From the IMG/VR virus record IMGVR_UViG_3300032295_003754: DNA of 64,000 nucleotides; one strand, given 5' to 3'. Source of the DNA: an uncultured virus (IMG/VR IMGVR_UViG_3300032295_003754) (taxonomy: Duplodnaviria > Heunggongvirae > Uroviricota > Caudoviricetes). A program made the translations under genes and the position numbers. Of this stretch, positions 10,976 to 25,728 are shown piece after piece. Positions within the stretch are counted from its first letter, which is position 1. Every line of letters starts with the position of its first letter. Below the pieces are notes generated by a model that worked only from the letters and a program-made list of their open reading frames with translations, was not told the DNA's origin and ran no database searches.

Positions 10976-13900
10976 AATATTGTCACTTCGTTGCGTGTCC
11001 ATGTTTTATATTGTATTCCATTCCATGATATCACAGCCCATCCTCCGATGATATGTTTGTTGATAGGTTGTTGTTGATTTGGCACATTATCACTATTAAG
11101 ATTCGACAATACTATTTGAGTTTGTGAAAGGGGTGAGAATACTCTATCAGTCCCAGTATAATAAGCTGCGTCATTGGACCCCGTATCATTATATCTTATT
11201 CCTTTTGAAACCAAACTTTGCCCAGCAAAAGTAGTAACGGTCAGATTACAAGTGATAGTATTATTGATACTATCAAATGTAGCAGTCAGACTTACAAATG
11301 GTAAAGATATCGAAACCACATTTGTACTGTAGATAGGAGCATTTGTACCTTGTTTAACATATCCCCTGAAATACCAAGGTTCACCTGATGAAATATATCC
11401 TATTTGACTCAGCAAACTAAATCCATTTGTACCTGTACCCAAAGAAACCGAATTCTTTACGTCTAAAGTAGTTGGTGAAGTGTTTGTGGATGATGAAACT
11501 ATACCAAATTCTGTCATATCGGCACCTCCACCATCATTAGCAGCTATATCAAAGAAAACTACACCATCATTGAGATTAACGGATGATGATGAAACCGGTT
11601 CTGACTGAAATGTGTTAGCTAAAGATTGAATAATTGTTCTTCTTTGGAAAGTGGTGATAACAGGTCCTGAAGTTATAGTTATATTCCTAGAAACTGTTCC
11701 TTCCAAATTCATCCTATTTTTGGCGAATGGTCTAATTACATAATCGCCCGCTGTAGTCAAATTCACAGTCAATGTAAACTCATTATTTGGACTCGCAGCA
11801 TTAGCATCAGTTATAGTATAATTGGTATCCACCACAGTTCTCGTTAAAGTTGTTGCATTAGGTATTGATTCGTAATAAAAACCCACTTCAAGCGGCTGAC
11901 TATAAAGTTCGCTATTTCCAAAAAATGCTGGGTCTACTCTACCACTTAATGTTACCTGACCAGATGGATAAGAAGCTCCAAGTGGATTAATAACAATTAC
12001 TGTAGGTATAAATAATGTAGTCATCGTTTGGACTGCACCATATGATGTACCATAAGCATTAGTTGCGTATGCTCTGTAGAAATACTGTTGGTCCAGTAAT
12101 AAAGCATCATTACCACCAATCTTGGTGGAGTATGCAAAGTTACCCAATGTAGTACCTGATATTTTGAGACTACTAGCAATCGTCAAACCTGTCAAGACAT
12201 TCGAAGTATTCCAAACTATACCAGTCTCAGTGATAGTAGATCCACCATCATTTACCACAACTCCCCTCGCAACAAATGATGTTCTCGTTTGACCCTGTGG
12301 AAAGGTCCCTATATTGTGGTCTGTGTATAGGAATGCAGTTGTAGTTACCACTGGTAAATCATCCATAACAAGTGTTAATTGTGATGAGCTATAAGCCGTA
12401 CCCATAGCATTTATAGCGTAAGCTCTAACTTGATAGGTAGCGCCAGGTGTAAGACCAGACAGATTAGCAGTGTAAACGCCAGTTGTTCCAGAAACTGGAA
12501 ATTTAGTAGTACCAGCGCCAATTACTATAAGAGTAGTCGCAGTTGTTTGTCTATAGATAACTCCCCTTTCGGTTAATGTTTCACCTCCATCATCTGTAAC
12601 ATTGCAGTTTACATTAGCTGTCACATTTGTGGATGTTATATTAGTTAAAGTAACACTAGGAACATTACTTAGTAATATACTTTCTGTCCCAAATTGTGGG
12701 GCATAAACTGTACCATTTAGATTTGTAGCGAATCCCCTCATAACATATTGTGTTAGTGGAGATAGACCGGTATTTATTGTTATATTTTGCGTACCTATGA
12801 CCGAACCAAAATTCACAACAGTACTATTCGTGGTAGTTGGTAAAGATGCACCGAGAGTTGCAGCGTCTGCCCATACCAATCCATTAGCAGTTATCAAATC
12901 ACCACTAACTATAACTGTAACTGTAAATGATAATCCACTTTTGGTTGGTGTTCCAATTGATACCGATGGTGGGGTAAGTGCGTTGGTCGTGAAAGTTTGC
13001 TGAGTTCCGAAAAATGTACCACTCTGAGTAGTTACATAGGCACGAACATAATAGACAGTATTCGGAGTAAGCCCACTAAACTGTAGTTCAAATACGCCTG
13101 TATTATTGGTATTATCTATTAGACGAGTAGGGCCTGTGGGATTTTGTGATGTTGAATAAACTATTCCTCTGGCTGATATGGTATTACTACCTTTGAATGT
13201 AACCTCACCACCCAATAGAGCAGTAACCGAATCAAAAGTAGTGACAGGTCTTGTTATAATTAACACATTATTTGTTGTCGTTGCTGTTACTTGATTACTA
13301 TAAGCAGTTGTAACTAAGTTGGTCGCATATGCTCTTATGAAATATTGGGTGTTTGCAGACAAACCACTAATACTAATACTAAAGTTTGTAGTACCATTCA
13401 CTGGGTTTGCTTGTATATTTTGAACATTTGTTGCCGTTGTTGGATTTGTGGATGTACCAATAACCACACCTCTCGAAGTGATAGGATCTCCCCCATCTGT
13501 TATTCCACTGACTGCAACATTCATTGTTGTGTTAGTTACGGCTGTCGGTGTACCAATAGTTAAAGCAGGTGATGTATCTATTGTAATAGTCTGTTGGATA
13601 GTATAAAAAGTATCATAAGTCACCACATAAGCTCTTACATAATAAAGAGTATTTTGTGTTACAGTTGTAATGTTATCAGTAAAACCACTCGATCCAGCTC
13701 CCCTTTGAGTTTTAGTTGATAAAGTAACAACTGGGTTTGGTGATGTTGACCAAACAATACCTTTTTGTGTAATAGCAACACCACCATCGCTTTGTATAGT
13801 GACTTGAGCACTAAATTGAAGACCAGTACTTGTCAGTGACGCGAGTGTAAATTGTGGTACATTTCCAGTGGTTGCAAATGTTACCCATTCACCAAATCCG

Positions 13901-16900
13901 GTTAGAGCACTGTTTGTTGCATAAGCTCTGTATCGATAATTCGTACCTGGTGTCAATCCTGAAATTGGCAATTGAAATGATCCACCTTCAAATGATGCAA
14001 AAACTTGAGTTGTAGTTATATTTAATGGGGTTGATACCAAACCATATTCGAAACCAACTGATGCACTCAAATCATTACCTAGTCCCTCAATAGGTAGAAG
14101 ACCACCAAGGGTAGCAGTATTTGATGTGACACTAGGTGGCGGGTCTGTAGTAAGAGGATTGGGTTCAGTCAAAGTTAATATCGAGAATATATCTTGACTA
14201 TACCCTGTGCCCGAAGCATTGTTTGCATAAGCTCTGACGTAATAAGTAGTATTCTTAATTAGACCAGTGATAGTCAAAAAGTATAGACCTGTCGCATTTA
14301 TTGTATTGGAAACTTTCTTTACACCACTAGTGGTTAAAATCGGTTCTAGAGTTGTATCACTTGCGAGAAACCCTTTTTCAGTTATTGTCTGGCCACCATC
14401 ACTTGTAATATTTCCAGCCACAGGACTACTCACATCAAGTGGCGGACCGGCTGATTCCATTAAAACAGTTGGCACATTTGATGTTGTAATGACCAAATCT
14501 GTTGGGGTATAATTTACATTTCCGCCTGGATCATTCTTCACATAACCACGAATGTAATATGTTTGACCAGCAGTTAGTGAATTCATCTGTGTTGGTGCGT
14601 TTGTTTTGACACCCATTCCAATATCTGTTAATTGGTTAGCAAGTGTTGGATTCCCTGTTGTATTCCAAACAACACCTTGATTTGTTATATTCTGTCCAGT
14701 TGTTGTCACAAGTATAACAATCTGTGTAGAGGTCACTGAACTTTGAACTATCGAAATAGTAGCAAAAGCTGGTGTGGTGAATGATTTATTTGAATTTATA
14801 GAATATCCTCTACCAAGGTTATTATTTGCAAAAGATTCAAAGTAATAAGTTGTATTGGGGTTCAAACCAGTCACTGGTAAGTTATACGGCTCTATATCGA
14901 AATCAATTTCATCTACGAATTGACCAGCACTTACCAATGAATCAATTTGATTTGTACTTGTTATTATAAACGGAGAATAAACAAAACCTCTTCTTGTAAT
15001 TTGATTACCACCGTTACTCAATACTCTGCCGAATAATCTAACATCGGTCGCATTCAATATTGTAGAACTATCAGCAGTCACAGTAGGTACACCAGTATTT
15101 AAAGTTTGGAATGTTTTTTCCTCACCCCAACCTATACCAGCACTATTTTCAGCAAAAGCAACATAGTAATATCTTGTATTTGCACCCAAAGGTGACATTG
15201 TTGTGTTAAATGTTGTAGAATTTGGATTATTTTGGTCAAAACTTTTCCCATCAGGCCAGTTTGTTATTGCCTGACTATTTGGTACATCTTGAATGATTCC
15301 TGAATTTTGCCTCCATAATATACCTTGTCTCGTTACTGGACCACTACCTATTGAAATTACCTGTAAACCAGTAGTAGCTGAAAATATATCTTGTACAGCA
15401 TCATTTGTTAAAACAGTTGGTACGGTTGGTCCGCCTGATCCAGGTGTTGGAACTCCAACATCCGGCGCTCTAAACTTATGTCTAGTCACTTTATAGTTTT
15501 GCCATATTTCTTCAGGAGTTAAAGCTCTATTATAAACTGTAACTTGAGCTATATCCCCATTAAAAAAACCGTCAGCTGTCAATTCCGCACCAGTTGTTGG
15601 TTGAGTACAGTTCATTCCTATTCTTGGTGTCACCGCTGAGTTTGGCACATTTGAACTCAAACCTGTTTTTTGAACCCGCAAAGCACCGTTTACATACAAG
15701 GATAGAGAACCAGAGGAATAAACTTGTGAAACTTGAAACCATTCATTTGTTGTAAAGTTAGAAGCAGTGACAAAAGACCCTACCTGTCTATTAATATCAA
15801 GACCAGTCATAAAGGTCGCAGTTGTATTCTCTAAACTAACACCAATCCATCTAGCTCCGTTTACTTGTGTGGTTCCATATGAGAAAATATATCTGTACTG
15901 AGCAGTCGCCGCAGTGTAACTCCTCAACCTTACCCAAGTTGTTATTGTTGATGGAGTATTCACTAAGGGTAATAAAGCAGTAGAAGCGAAAGCAACGTAA
16001 CTGCTACCTACTGCGCCATTGCCAGCGAATCCTCGAAAACTAAAATAACCACCATTAAACTGATTAAATGCTGGTAAGGTGCCAGATACTAGTTTTCTGG
16101 AAAGTGTACCATTCCTACCATTACCACTTAAATCAAAAAACGTCACAGATGGTGAATAAAAAGACCTTGGTTCACTAGCATCTACATAGATTACTCTATC
16201 AGAACTAACTTGAAGAGACCTAGTTTGTGTTATTACATTTGAGTCATTTGGACTTTTAAAATATAGTGTAGCTATTTCACCATCTGATAAGGTTCTATTA
16301 TATAATACTACATTATAAATTTTACCATTAAATGCTCTTTCGAATCCACCCGAACTATTATAATAACCAACTCTAAATACTTTGTTTGCTGGGTATATAA
16401 AATTTTTCACATTATTTAATGATGTATCTAAAATACCGTTGACAAATAGTTTGAAAACAGACCCATCATATGTTACTGTGAATGTTACTTTTGTATTGTA
16501 TGTGACCTTATAATTCGTTTTAATAAATGTGTTATCATTTATGGCAAAAAATAATGAATTTCTATTTAATAGACTTGATGTATTATCATAATAACCCATC
16601 AAAAATCCCCCACCATTAAGTGGGGCTATATTGCTAGCGAAAATAGTTACAGCGCCACCAATTTGTATACCATCTCCTAAAGGTTCGATGGTCGCAGAAA
16701 TAGTGAAATTGTCACCGGGAGTCAAAGTCAAAAAGCCTTGGGCGTAATTATTTACTGTACCAGGTGAGACCAAACCTTTATCGAAAATAACATTACCAGT
16801 AAAAGAAGCTCCATTTGAGTAAATACTCATATCACCCCAACCAGTTGACGTACCACTCGATTCATTCAAATAGAGTATTATGTCACTACTTGTTGACTTT

Positions 16901-16950
16901 GCTCCTATAATCCTTGTAAGTAACTGGGAAGATAAAACTTTTATTGGCAT
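10972..16950 (-). CDS. giant virion fibre/adhesin: 2 LamG-like domains + many FN3-like repeats
   Basis: [16 protein letters not shown] and [16 protein letters not shown]; repeated DGG..IT.RG and YYVRAYATN..GT.Y units. Confidence 0.8.
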   Translation of the reverse strand: MPIKVLSSQLLTRIIGAKSTSSDIILYLNESSGTSTGWGDMSIYSNGASFTGNVIFDKGLVSPGTVNNYAQGFLTLTPGDNFTISATIEPLGDGIQIGGAVTIFASNIAPLNGGGFLMGYYDNTSSLLNRNSLFFAINDNTFIKTNYKVTYNTKVTFTVTYDGSVFKLFVNGILDTSLNNVKNFIYPANKVFRVGYYNSSGGFERAFNGKIYNVVLYNRTLSDGEIATLYFKSPNDSNVITQTRSLQVSSDRVIYVDASEPRSFYSPSVTFFDLSGNGRNGTLSRKLVSGTLPAFNQFNGGYFSFRGFAGNGAVGSSYVAFASTALLPLVNTPSTITTWVRLRSYTAATAQYRYIFSYGTTQVNGARWIGVSLENTTATFMTGLDINRQVGSFVTASNFTTNEWFQVSQVYSSGSLSLYVNGALRVQKTGLSSNVPNSAVTPRIGMNCTQPTTGAELTADGFFNGDIAQVTVYNRALTPEEIWQNYKVTRHKFRAPDVGVPTPGSGGPTVPTVLTNDAVQDIFSATTGLQVISIGSGPVTRQGILWRQNSGIIQDVPNSQAITNWPDGKSFDQNNPNSTTFNTTMSPLGANTRYYYVAFAENSAGIGWGEEKTFQTLNTGVPTVTADSSTILNATDVRLFGRVLSNGGNQITRRGFVYSPFIITSTNQIDSLVSAGQFVDEIDFDIEPYNLPVTGLNPNTTYYFESFANNNLGRGYSINSNKSFTTPAFATISIVQSSVTSTQIVILVTTTGQNITNQGVVWNTTGNPTLANQLTDIGMGVKTNAPTQMNSLTAGQTYYIRGYVKNDPGGNVNYTPTDLVITTSNVPTVLMESAGPPLDVSSPVAGNITSDGGQTITEKGFLASDTTLEPILTTSGVKKVSNTINATGLYFLTITGLIKNTTYYVRAYANNASGTGYSQDIFSILTLTEPNPLTTDPPPSVTSNTATLGGLLPIEGLGNDLSASVGFEYGLVSTPLNITTTQVFASFEGGSFQLPISGLTPGTNYRYRAYATNSALTGFGEWVTFATTGNVPQFTLASLTSTGLQFSAQVTIQSDGGVAITQKGIVWSTSPNPVVTLSTKTQRGAGSSGFTDNITTVTQNTLYYVRAYVVTYDTFYTIQQTITIDTSPALTIGTPTAVTNTTMNVAVSGITDGGDPITSRGVVIGTSTNPTTATNVQNIQANPVNGTTNFSISISGLSANTQYFIRAYATNLVTTAYSNQVTATTTNNVLIITRPVTTFDSVTALLGGEVTFKGSNTISARGIVYSTSQNPTGPTRLIDNTNNTGVFELQFSGLTPNTVYYVRAYVTTQSGTFFGTQQTFTTNALTPPSVSIGTPTKSGLSFTVTVIVSGDLITANGLVWADAATLGASLPTTTNSTVVNFGSVIGTQNITINTGLSPLTQYVMRGFATNLNGTVYAPQFGTESILLSNVPSVTLTNITSTNVTANVNCNVTDDGGETLTERGVIYRQTTATTLIVIGAGTTKFPVSGTTGVYTANLSGLTPGATYQVRAYAINAMGTAYSSSQLTLVMDDLPVVTTTAFLYTDHNIGTFPQGQTRTSFVARGVVVNDGGSTITETGIVWNTSNVLTGLTIASSLKISGTTLGNFAYSTKIGGNDALLLDQQYFYRAYATNAYGTSYGAVQTMTTLFIPTVIVINPLGASYPSGQVTLSGRVDPAFFGNSELYSQPLEVGFYYESIPNATTLTRTVVDTNYTITDANAASPNNEFTLTVNLTTAGDYVIRPFAKNRMNLEGTVSRNITITSGPVITTFQRRTIIQSLANTFQSEPVSSSSVNLNDGVVFFDIAANDGGGADMTEFGIVSSSTNTSPTTLDVKNSVSLGTGTNGFSLLSQIGYISSGEPWYFRGYVKQGTNAPIYSTNVVSISLPFVSLTATFDSINNTITCNLTVTTFAGQSLVSKGIRYNDTGSNDAAYYTGTDRVFSPLSQTQIVLSNLNSDNVPNQQQPINKHIIGGWAVISWNGIQYKTWTRNEVTIF

Positions 16951-16957
16951 AGGTTTA

Positions 16958-19900
16958 TTAGTTCTTATATTCTATTATAGCTTGTTCAATTTGTATTGAG
17001 AAATTGGTTTGACCTATCAAAGAAACACCAACGTCCAATATCATAGTCGATGTTGTATCGGCTATTAAAGTTTGTATACCCGTGTACTCAGAGGAACCAA
17101 GGGCAGAAATACCACTTGTATTGAGATATTCCTTCATTCTCATATAACTATTAAAAGTTCCACTTGCACCAAGAGTTCTACAAGTAATCATAAACTCTAT
17201 TTCCAAAACATTAGCTGAACCAGAAACTGTATTCTTTGAAAATTCTATTTCATGAATATCAGTTCCTAAAGTTAATGTTAATTTTATCAGGGAATCGGGC
17301 AAAGTACTTGTATTTACTATAGTTCCTATCAACCTACCAGTTACAACTTTACCAACTGCCCAGAAGTTTGCAGGTAAAGTTTTTCCTCCAGTTGGAGTTA
17401 TAGTTGTTAATAATGTTGATGGTGTCGATGTACTAGAGTTCGAACTATTTCTAATAGTACCTGCCGCTGATAAAGAGTATATACCTAGTGATTCTATTTC
17501 ACCACCTCTGCTTATACTACCAAAAGCATCGAGTACCATTGCAACCTTTCCACTATCTGAGCCAGTCAAACCAGGGTTAAGATTCTGTACTACAATCCTG
17601 TCATTTGCATCTGATGTTGGAAGAGTGATTGTCCTATTTCCAAGAAGATTTGGGTCATTTTCTATTTGTAATGTGAGTGAGTTACCACCCAATACACCAC
17701 CAGTAACTGGATTATTAAACTGTATTTCAGTTCCAGCTAATGATACACTTGTTGGACCAAAACTAGCCATTCTTGTGGTGTTTTGATAAAAATCAACTTT
17801 ACCTTGGTTACCAGTTCTCAACCATAATTCTGTGGAACTGGCCGCGTTAACTCCAATCGATGCTGTATCGTTATTCGAATCCCATAAAAGTAATTTTGTA
17901 CCGTTAGCTCCAGATGGTGAATCGCTTCCAGCATTACCAAAATCAATAGTTCTCTTAGTTGCCCCACTTATTGTTAATTGTGGTTCACTTGCACCGTCCA
18001 ATGTTATTGTGACCGGTTTGGTGAATGATTTTGTACCACCTATAGTTTGACCGCCCTCCGTCATTACAAAATCAGCTGCAACTCCAACATTAGGTATTGT
18101 ATTCACAAATCTATTACTAACTAAAATTCTAGAACCTTCAACAGCATCGTCCAACGTGGTACTAGCATCAGCATTATAAATTGGAACATACCATTTATCA
18201 CCTGCTTGTACATCACCACTGCCCGAACCAGCTGATACAGTTCCCCAAGTAAGGTCACCACTACTATTAATCTTAAGTACAGAGTTATTTGATGTAGTTC
18301 CAGCAAATACTGACCAAGTTGTACCAGTGTGATAGATAAGAGAGTTTTTGGTACCAACAAAGTTTTCGAGTCCAGACGGACCAGTTGGACCTTGTGCACC
18401 ATTACCACCCGTACCAGCCGGACCTTGTGGTCCAGTCAATCCACCACCAACGATTATTCTACCATTTGTGATTGATTGAGCTAGACTAATACCAACTTGA
18501 TTGACACTAGAATGACTTATCGATTGTGGTATTATAACTTGATTATTCTGGTCCAATACTTGTACTATTGGATATACTCCGAAATCATGTGAGAATGTCG
18601 CTGTAATTCCTGAGAATACTTTTATTTTCTGACTGATACCTGCTGGTCCAGCGCCTCCTCCACCACCAGTGGTTAATAGGTCATAGACTGTACCCTCTGA
18701 TTGAAAGTTAAGTGCAGTGCCGGTATACCACATATCACCATTTTGTGATGTTAGTGAAATAGAACCAGCTATCAACCTTATCTGTGATTTATCAGCGGTA
18801 GCTTCTTGTATAGTTAACCAAGCTGGCAGACCAGTTGGATATAGTTTGAGAGAATCTTCCGGATTTGTTTGTGTGGAATATCCAGCAATAACTAAATCCG
18901 ATGGTTTCGATATACCACGAAGTGATAACCCCATAGGTAAAGATTCTACACGTGCATTTTCAGAAATAATTGTCCAATCATCTCCACCATTTGTGGTTTT
19001 AGCAACAAAGCTATTGTCACCAACTGCATATCCTTCTGAAGAGGTTTTGAAATAAATAGATCGAACACGTGCTGGGTAAGACAAAACAACCGACCAAGAT
19101 GTTGAAGCACCATCTGTCGTTTTGTAAATTAAACCAGCCTGACCATTTACTGAACCAGATGCTAAAACAGTGTTAGCATCTATCACATATAATGCGTCCA
19201 TGTCTATCTGACCATAACTTAAATCGGTATATGGAGAATAAATACCATTAGGGACTCCAGTTGCCCAAGTATCTCCAGAATCTGTACTTTTGAATATGAC
19301 TGATGTGTTGTTTCCATTCCGATTCCTCGCCATAATATAACCCGTCGATCCACTAAACTGTACTATGAAATAAGAAACTAGGTTTGTACTACCTCTCTGA
19401 GTCCAAGTATCACCATTATTTGTCGTTCTGTATATTCTACCATACCCAACTACAACTACAGTACTTGTTGATAAAGCCCAAACTCCTCTTACACCGAGAC
19501 CCGTCACAGGGTCATTCCCCCAACCACTTATTGATTGGTCTTGCCAGGTGGTACCACCATTGGCTGTGTATAAAATAGTACCGTCATCACCGACAGCCCA
19601 ACCTCTATTGGCATTTGCGAAATGAACCGCGTTCAAATTAACAGTAACACCACTCGATTGGGTAGACCAAGTGTCGCCACCATTTGTAGATTTTCTAATA
19701 AGACCAGAATCTCCAACTGCATATCCTGTATTACTATCAACAAAATAAACAGCTCTTTGATTTCTTACTCTACCAACTTGGACTGTGAATGTCTCACCAG
19801 AATCAGTGGAACGGAAAAATGTACCTTCGTCCTCAGATAAAGCAATAGCCTCAACTAAACTGCTGCTAGCGCTTACTATTGCGATACCACCACCAAATCC

Positions 19901-22900
19901 AGCTTTATCAGCTTCCGCGAAGAATGACCATGGGTCGGAACCTAATCTACCTTCATTCGAATTTTCCTGCCAAGGGTCAGTAGACTCTTCGGTGAAATAA
20001 TTTCTTCCCAATGGGTCTGTATTTTTTGGAGGGATTCCAACTTTACCTTGTGCATAGAATGCGACTTGACTAGATGTTAAGAAATTTGCATCACCATCAA
20101 AGTTTTCATTATAAAAAGTATTACTTGGTTTCGCTGCAAAAAAGTTAGCAGAAATCTTACCATGTGGTCCAAAACTCTTATGATAAACACCAAATGAATA
20201 GTCAGGATTTCCAGAACCAGCACTTTCTATAAATAAGTCAGTATGTCTTACTTGATTGAACCTAGATACCGTTGAACCCTTCTTTACTGGCGGGTCCATA
20301 TTCACTACAGTCTTAAAATAATTGTGAACTGTATTCTGACTCCTTACTCTACCTTGACCGAGAACAGAATCCTCATTACTATTATTCAATTGGAAATAGT
20401 TATCAATATAATGGTCAGATGGGAAACCACCATTTTCTGTATATTGGAAATTTACAATATCTGCTAAATGTCCAATATCATTCCACTGATGGTGCTGTAT
20501 AGCACTACCCCTACCTATCATAAATCCACCAACTATCCCAAGTGAACTTGAGTTAGTAAATCCTCTGTTCAGACTTGCTAATAAACTACCGTCTGATAAA
20601 CTAATATTAGGTGATGATACATAATTTGTCCAGTCGGAAATATTTATGATTGGATTACCTTTATAATAGTTATTAGACCTAGTTGATTGCATTTCCACCC
20701 TAGAATCAATTAAGAATCTATCGTGTTTCTTATTTGGTGTAGTATTACCACTCCTTTGAGAGAATAACCTAGGAACGCCTTTATCATAATAAACGATATT
20801 AGCTAAAGAGTTTTTCCAGTTATTTTCACTTTTAATATTTTGAGTTTGAGAGAAAGTAGACGCAACATATCCGTGAGATGTAGTAGCACCTAATGAGGTA
20901 TATCTAGCATAGTTTGCCCAAAGTGATGTTGCCCCCGATACAACTATATTATGTGTAATATCACCTTTTTGTGATACAGTACCAAATGACATTCTATCAG
21001 TTATTGTAGAGGTAGATGGGGCAGTTAATGGTCCAAAACTTATTTGTTGGTCTTCGAATCTCTTGAATCCTGATATAAACTGACCTCCCTCAGACATAAC
21101 AAATTCTTGTGATTTGTTATTTGATGGGATTGTGTAGGTTATATCTTGTATATCAAGACCACCTGAGAATGGAGTGTACGCTGGTGGAGTTCCCCATTGA
21201 CCGGTATTTGGTCCTAAGATTGAAAAAGAAGCACCATTTATTGTGGAACCATATCTAGTGTTTAAACTAGAATAAGGAGCAGTTATTGATACTGTGAATC
21301 CAGTTCCTGATTGACCTAAAGTACCATCCCAAGCACTAAATGTTGCTTGATATCCGAGTGGATTATTATTTATTATTTCAATTACTTTTAATAAATTGTC
21401 ATATGTGTAAGATGTAAAATTAGAATATGTCCCAACCAAAATGGTTTCTGTGCTTGTATTTAAATTGATTGTGTATAGACCAGTACCATAAGTAACATAG
21501 TATTGATCATTTTTTGAAATGTAACCAATCGCAGGTGTTTCCTCAGTAAAATCTCTATTTGTAATAGGATTCAATACTACTGAAACTGTACCTAAGCTTC
21601 CATATGTACCAGCTGTCCAACCGATGCCGTCATCTAACCTAGTTCCATTAGCAGGATAAACACCTAATCTACCTTTTAAACCACTATTTGCAAATGGAAC
21701 TAAGTCTTTAGTTTCACCACCAACTTGTAGGTTTAATTCAGTACCAGTGAACCAAATATCACCGTCTTGTGGACTACTTGGTGTTACACCAGATGGTCTT
21801 AATCTAATCTGTGCTTTTGAAGCTGTAGTTGCATTTATTTCTAACCAAGCATTAAGTGCAGTCCCAAATGTAGCTCCTCTATCGATGAGTAAACCACCAC
21901 CAAGATTAGCCTTATCAGATTCTGCATAGAATGACCAAGGTTCATAAGGATATGAATAAGTTGCTACCCATTCTGTAGGAGCAGTATTGAAATCATATGT
22001 TGGTCTACCAGTTGGGTCATAAACAGAACTTTGTTGTGGTGTTAATATTGTATTAATCGAAAGGACTAATGATCTGGTCCTAGGAAAGTTTGTAAATCCA
22101 GCACCACTCTGAGTCATTGGTATAACAGGAACAGTATAATATGTATTATTGTTTATAGGAGTGCTGGAAATTAAAAACCTTTGATAATCACTACTATTAG
22201 TACCAGATAATAATAACTCATCGTCCTTTTTGAGTAGTCTTAATGAAGCTGTGAAACTTATACTTAAAGTATTTAAAGATGAAATATTTATTTGAGTTGC
22301 AATACTTTGGGTTGGATTATTCCATGATATATTACCTGATAGTGGATCTCCAGATGTAGAAGCTGTGTATGATAGAAAACTAGATGTGGCTGTTAAGAAA
22401 AGTTGCTGACTTGACCTAGACACTCCAGCTTTTGACTGAGCAAAATAACCTATATGATAGTTAATTTTTGCAGTCGTTGTTTTATTACCAACCCTTGATG
22501 AGAAATAGTCATAAGCATAATCAATATAACCATTTGACACCTCTTGTCTTGTGAATACACCAATCGACCTTGATACAGTTGCGTAATCCCTATTTGTATC
22601 TGAAACACCACCCATACCAGGGTTTATAAATAATACAGTTGATTGCGTTATGCCATATAAAGCTGTTTTACCAGCATGTTCTTGGAAACCACTTTCCAAA
22701 CGCATCCACTGATGTAATAATGTATTTACATTAGTTGATGTTGCTTGTGAAAGCATCTTAGAATGGTCAAAGTTGAAAATAAAGTTATCCAAATGTTCAG
22801 GATCTGAGAATGTAGGTGTAGTCGAATAGGTATTCGGTAACCAACTCAAAACTGTTCCGCCAAGACTCCTTACTACATTATGTACCCATCCTGTACTAGC

Positions 22901-25708
22901 AGAGGGAGCGAAAAATTCTGGTGTCCAACCTCTGTACTGACCATTTGTATCGATATAAGTGGCACCAAATGGTTCCACATCATTCCAAAGTGGTGTGGTT
23001 TTATATCTACCAATAGATTGATTCCAAGGGTTTCTAACATTAGTACTGCCAGGTGCACCTGGGCTAACATTATTTTGATTAGTTCCACCAGCATAGTTCC
23101 TATCATATCTACTACTAACATCAGGTACAAATAATCGTGAACCATATTGGTCACTTCCACTAACTTTACCCCAACCATTGTGGTGAATAACATCCAACAC
23201 TAAAGCTTTAGAAAACAGCTGTACATTTGATGAATTTTTAATCAATGGGAAAAGTGAACTGACACCATGTGTGATTCTTGAATCAGGTACTAATGTTGCA
23301 TTGACAGTATTGATATTGCCAGCACCTCCTGTTTGAGCATTAGTATTAGGTATTACGGTTTGATAATTTGAAGGGTGGTCCCAAGATTTTAAAAATTGAT
23401 GCGCCAATGGGCCATCAGGCGTTGCACCCCAAGTAACTTGAGATCTTGATTGTGTTCCAGGATTACTCCAAGTATTTCTCGGTGACCAAATTCTCAGAAT
23501 CAAACCAGAGTCAGTAGGCGTATTGGTTGTACCACCATTATAAGTGTTCGGGTTGTTCGAATTGGTTTGAAGATTCAATTGGGTCCTACCAGATAACACC
23601 AAATTTGTTAATATTGCTTGGAGTTGTTGATTAGTCTGATTCGGAGCAGTATTCCAAACATTTATTGAAGCTCCTGGAATCCCCACACCATAAGCGGTTA
23701 TGAAAACATCATTACTAACATTTGTTGCTTGGTCTGGTATCAAATATGTGATAGGGCTTGTTATTGACGAATGGCCAGTATTTGCAAATTGAATACTTGC
23801 TGGTCTGAAAACACCTGTAGTAGTTGTGGGAATCGACACAGTAGGACCTACCTCCAACCCACCTATTCCATTAGTGTATATCGGAACTGCTGCTGAAACG
23901 TTTGTGAAAGTATCGAAATATTGCCTTCTAACATTACTATAAGTGTACGGTTTGATTGTACCAGGACCAGTTGCTCCTTGCATACCAGTAGGACCAGTCG
24001 CTCCTTGAACGCCAGTCGGCCCGGTCATACCCTGAGGACCAGTAACACCTTGTGGACCAGTGAATCCTTGGGGACCAGTTGGTCCTGTCATACCTTGTGG
24101 ACCAGTAACACCTTGGTTACCAGTTGGACCTTGTGGACCAGTTGTTCCCTGTATACCTGTGTAACCCTGTGGACCAGTAACACCTTGGTTACCAGTGAAT
24201 CCCTGTGGTCCGGTTGTTCCTTGCACACCAGTGAATCCTTGGGGACCAGTAACACCTTGATTACCAGTGAACCCCTGTGGTCCAGTAAAACCTTGTACCC
24301 CCGTTCTGCCTTGGGGACCAGTAACACCTTGGTTACCAGTGAATCCTTGTGGACCAGTCGTTCCTTGCACACCAGTGAATCCCTGAACACCAGTTGGTCC
24401 TTGAGAACCTGTAGTACCTTGTGGACCAGCAAATCCACCACCAGCTACGACATAACCAGTAACATTGCCGGAAAGTGATTGGAATGTAAATGATTGTGTT
24501 GAATTGTGTGTTACTCTGTAAGTCACATCATCTACTAAGAAGGTCTTCTTCGTGGACTCATCCACAAACTGCACCATCGGATAAGACCCATAACTATGTG
24601 TTACAACAATCGTTGACTGACTCTGCATAGGTGAGTTAAGTGCTGCTGCACCATCCGCACCCCTTTGGCCAACAAGTCCTTGTGGACCTGTATTTCCTTG
24701 AATACCTGTGTGTCCCTGTGGACCAGTAACACCTTGATTACCAGTTGGACCTTGTGATCCAGTATTCCCTTGTACACCTGTGCTTCCCTGAGCACCCGTG
24801 TTACCTTGGTTACCTGTAAATCCTTGTGGACCGGTAAATCCTTGAGCACCCGTTCTTCCCTGTGGACCAGTAAATCCTTGAGCACCCGTGTTACCTTGGT
24901 TACCTGTAAATCCTTGTGGACCAGTGAATCCTTGAGCACCTGTGCTTCCTTGTGGTCCGGTTCTACCTTGAAAACCAGTTACACCTTGTGGACCAGTGAA
25001 TCCTTGAAAACCCGTTCTTCCTTGTGCGCCAGTTTCTCCCTGAGAACCGGTATTTCCTTGAACACCCGTCCTTCCTTGTGGACCAGTAACACCTTGATTA
25101 CCAGTCGGACCTTGTGGACCTGTGAAACCCTGAACACCAGTATTACCTTGTGGACCAGTTGAACCCCCACCAGTTGGACCTTGTGGACCAGTCAATCCAC
25201 CACCTAATAAAATATAACCACTCTGAGCACCATTAAATGTAACTGTTGTACTGCCTTCATTGTGGTAAATTGCACTGATATTAGCAGGACTCATCACATA
25301 AAGTGATGAATCCAATACTTGAACTATTGGATATGTTCCCCAGCCGTGCTCAACTATTTTTTGAGTTTCATTATCAAATTGCACAACTAAAACCGATTGA
25401 GCATCAGCTCCTGGTAGTCCCACACCTGTCGGTCCTTGTGGACCAGTAAATCCTTGTGGTCCAGTCTCACCAACAGCACCACTGAATGGAACTAAATTTT
25501 CTGGTTCAGTACCTCCTTGATACCAATAAAAGGAAGCATTTGTTGCATTTCCTATGAGTACTAACTGACCAACATATCTAGCACCAGGTGCAATTTCTTC
25601 ATTCGCTATTTCTGTTGTAGCATGTGGCCCAACATTCCAATCTAATGGTTTATTTGCAGCTAGTTGCAATTGGGATCCAATGGAGGTTGCGGTACGGTTA
25701 GATGCCAT
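16958..25708 (-). CDS. giant tail-fibre-like protein with collagen tracts and a YCF48/BNR beta-propeller
   Basis: GPQGxT triplets; S/T-T-N/D-G-G-x-T-W Asp-box repeats; repeated HxxGxYPxVQ modules. Confidence 0.8.
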   Translation of the reverse strand: MASNRTATSIGSQLQLAANKPLDWNVGPHATTEIANEEIAPGARYVGQLVLIGNATNASFYWYQGGTEPENLVPFSGAVGETGPQGFTGPQGPTGVGLPGADAQSVLVVQFDNETQKIVEHGWGTYPIVQVLDSSLYVMSPANISAIYHNEGSTTVTFNGAQSGYILLGGGLTGPQGPTGGGSTGPQGNTGVQGFTGPQGPTGNQGVTGPQGRTGVQGNTGSQGETGAQGRTGFQGFTGPQGVTGFQGRTGPQGSTGAQGFTGPQGFTGNQGNTGAQGFTGPQGRTGAQGFTGPQGFTGNQGNTGAQGSTGVQGNTGSQGPTGNQGVTGPQGHTGIQGNTGPQGLVGQRGADGAAALNSPMQSQSTIVVTHSYGSYPMVQFVDESTKKTFLVDDVTYRVTHNSTQSFTFQSLSGNVTGYVVAGGGFAGPQGTTGSQGPTGVQGFTGVQGTTGPQGFTGNQGVTGPQGRTGVQGFTGPQGFTGNQGVTGPQGFTGVQGTTGPQGFTGNQGVTGPQGYTGIQGTTGPQGPTGNQGVTGPQGMTGPTGPQGFTGPQGVTGPQGMTGPTGVQGATGPTGMQGATGPGTIKPYTYSNVRRQYFDTFTNVSAAVPIYTNGIGGLEVGPTVSIPTTTTGVFRPASIQFANTGHSSITSPITYLIPDQATNVSNDVFITAYGVGIPGASINVWNTAPNQTNQQLQAILTNLVLSGRTQLNLQTNSNNPNTYNGGTTNTPTDSGLILRIWSPRNTWSNPGTQSRSQVTWGATPDGPLAHQFLKSWDHPSNYQTVIPNTNAQTGGAGNINTVNATLVPDSRITHGVSSLFPLIKNSSNVQLFSKALVLDVIHHNGWGKVSGSDQYGSRLFVPDVSSRYDRNYAGGTNQNNVSPGAPGSTNVRNPWNQSIGRYKTTPLWNDVEPFGATYIDTNGQYRGWTPEFFAPSASTGWVHNVVRSLGGTVLSWLPNTYSTTPTFSDPEHLDNFIFNFDHSKMLSQATSTNVNTLLHQWMRLESGFQEHAGKTALYGITQSTVLFINPGMGGVSDTNRDYATVSRSIGVFTRQEVSNGYIDYAYDYFSSRVGNKTTTAKINYHIGYFAQSKAGVSRSSQQLFLTATSSFLSYTASTSGDPLSGNISWNNPTQSIATQINISSLNTLSISFTASLRLLKKDDELLLSGTNSSDYQRFLISSTPINNNTYYTVPVIPMTQSGAGFTNFPRTRSLVLSINTILTPQQSSVYDPTGRPTYDFNTAPTEWVATYSYPYEPWSFYAESDKANLGGGLLIDRGATFGTALNAWLEINATTASKAQIRLRPSGVTPSSPQDGDIWFTGTELNLQVGGETKDLVPFANSGLKGRLGVYPANGTRLDDGIGWTAGTYGSLGTVSVVLNPITNRDFTEETPAIGYISKNDQYYVTYGTGLYTINLNTSTETILVGTYSNFTSYTYDNLLKVIEIINNNPLGYQATFSAWDGTLGQSGTGFTVSITAPYSSLNTRYGSTINGASFSILGPNTGQWGTPPAYTPFSGGLDIQDITYTIPSNNKSQEFVMSEGGQFISGFKRFEDQQISFGPLTAPSTSTITDRMSFGTVSQKGDITHNIVVSGATSLWANYARYTSLGATTSHGYVASTFSQTQNIKSENNWKNSLANIVYYDKGVPRLFSQRSGNTTPNKKHDRFLIDSRVEMQSTRSNNYYKGNPIINISDWTNYVSSPNISLSDGSLLASLNRGFTNSSSLGIVGGFMIGRGSAIQHHQWNDIGHLADIVNFQYTENGGFPSDHYIDNYFQLNNSNEDSVLGQGRVRSQNTVHNYFKTVVNMDPPVKKGSTVSRFNQVRHTDLFIESAGSGNPDYSFGVYHKSFGPHGKISANFFAAKPSNTFYNENFDGDANFLTSSQVAFYAQGKVGIPPKNTDPLGRNYFTEESTDPWQENSNEGRLGSDPWSFFAEADKAGFGGGIAIVSASSSLVEAIALSEDEGTFFRSTDSGETFTVQVGRVRNQRAVYFVDSNTGYAVGDSGLIRKSTNGGDTWSTQSSGVTVNLNAVHFANANRGWAVGDDGTILYTANGGTTWQDQSISGWGNDPVTGLGVRGVWALSTSTVVVVGYGRIYRTTNNGDTWTQRGSTNLVSYFIVQFSGSTGYIMARNRNGNNTSVIFKSTDSGDTWATGVPNGIYSPYTDLSYGQIDMDALYVIDANTVLASGSVNGQAGLIYKTTDGASTSWSVVLSYPARVRSIYFKTSSEGYAVGDNSFVAKTTNGGDDWTIISENARVESLPMGLSLRGISKPSDLVIAGYSTQTNPEDSLKLYPTGLPAWLTIQEATADKSQIRLIAGSISLTSQNGDMWYTGTALNFQSEGTVYDLLTTGGGGGAGPAGISQKIKVFSGITATFSHDFGVYPIVQVLDQNNQVIIPQSISHSSVNQVGISLAQSITNGRIIVGGGLTGPQGPAGTGGNGAQGPTGPSGLENFVGTKNSLIYHTGTTWSVFAGTTSNNSVLKINSSGDLTWGTVSAGSGSGDVQAGDKWYVPIYNADASTTLDDAVEGSRILVSNRFVNTIPNVGVAADFVMTEGGQTIGGTKSFTKPVTITLDGASEPQLTISGATKRTIDFGNAGSDSPSGANGTKLLLWDSNNDTASIGVNAASSTELWLRTGNQGKVDFYQNTTRMASFGPTSVSLAGTEIQFNNPVTGGVLGGNSLTLQIENDPNLLGNRTITLPTSDANDRIVVQNLNPGLTGSDSGKVAMVLDAFGSISRGGEIESLGIYSLSAAGTIRNSSNSSTSTPSTLLTTITPTGGKTLPANFWAVGKVVTGRLIGTIVNTSTLPDSLIKLTLTLGTDIHEIEFSKNTVSGSANVLEIEFMITCRTLGASGTFNSYMRMKEYLNTSGISALGSSEYTGIQTLIADTTSTMILDVGVSLIGQTNFSIQIEQAIIEYKN
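23964..25200 (-). repeat. collagen-coding imperfect tandem repeat (about 18-nt GPQGxT units), interrupted once
   Basis: Recurrent ccttgtggaccagt units on the plus strand. Confidence 0.9.
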
Positions 25709-25728
25709 TTATTCAATAATTATTTTTT

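Noticed and set aside
23964..25200. CRISPR array or DGR repeats
   Set aside because: Repeats are in-frame collagen codons with no unique spacers; no cas or reverse transcriptase genes in the window
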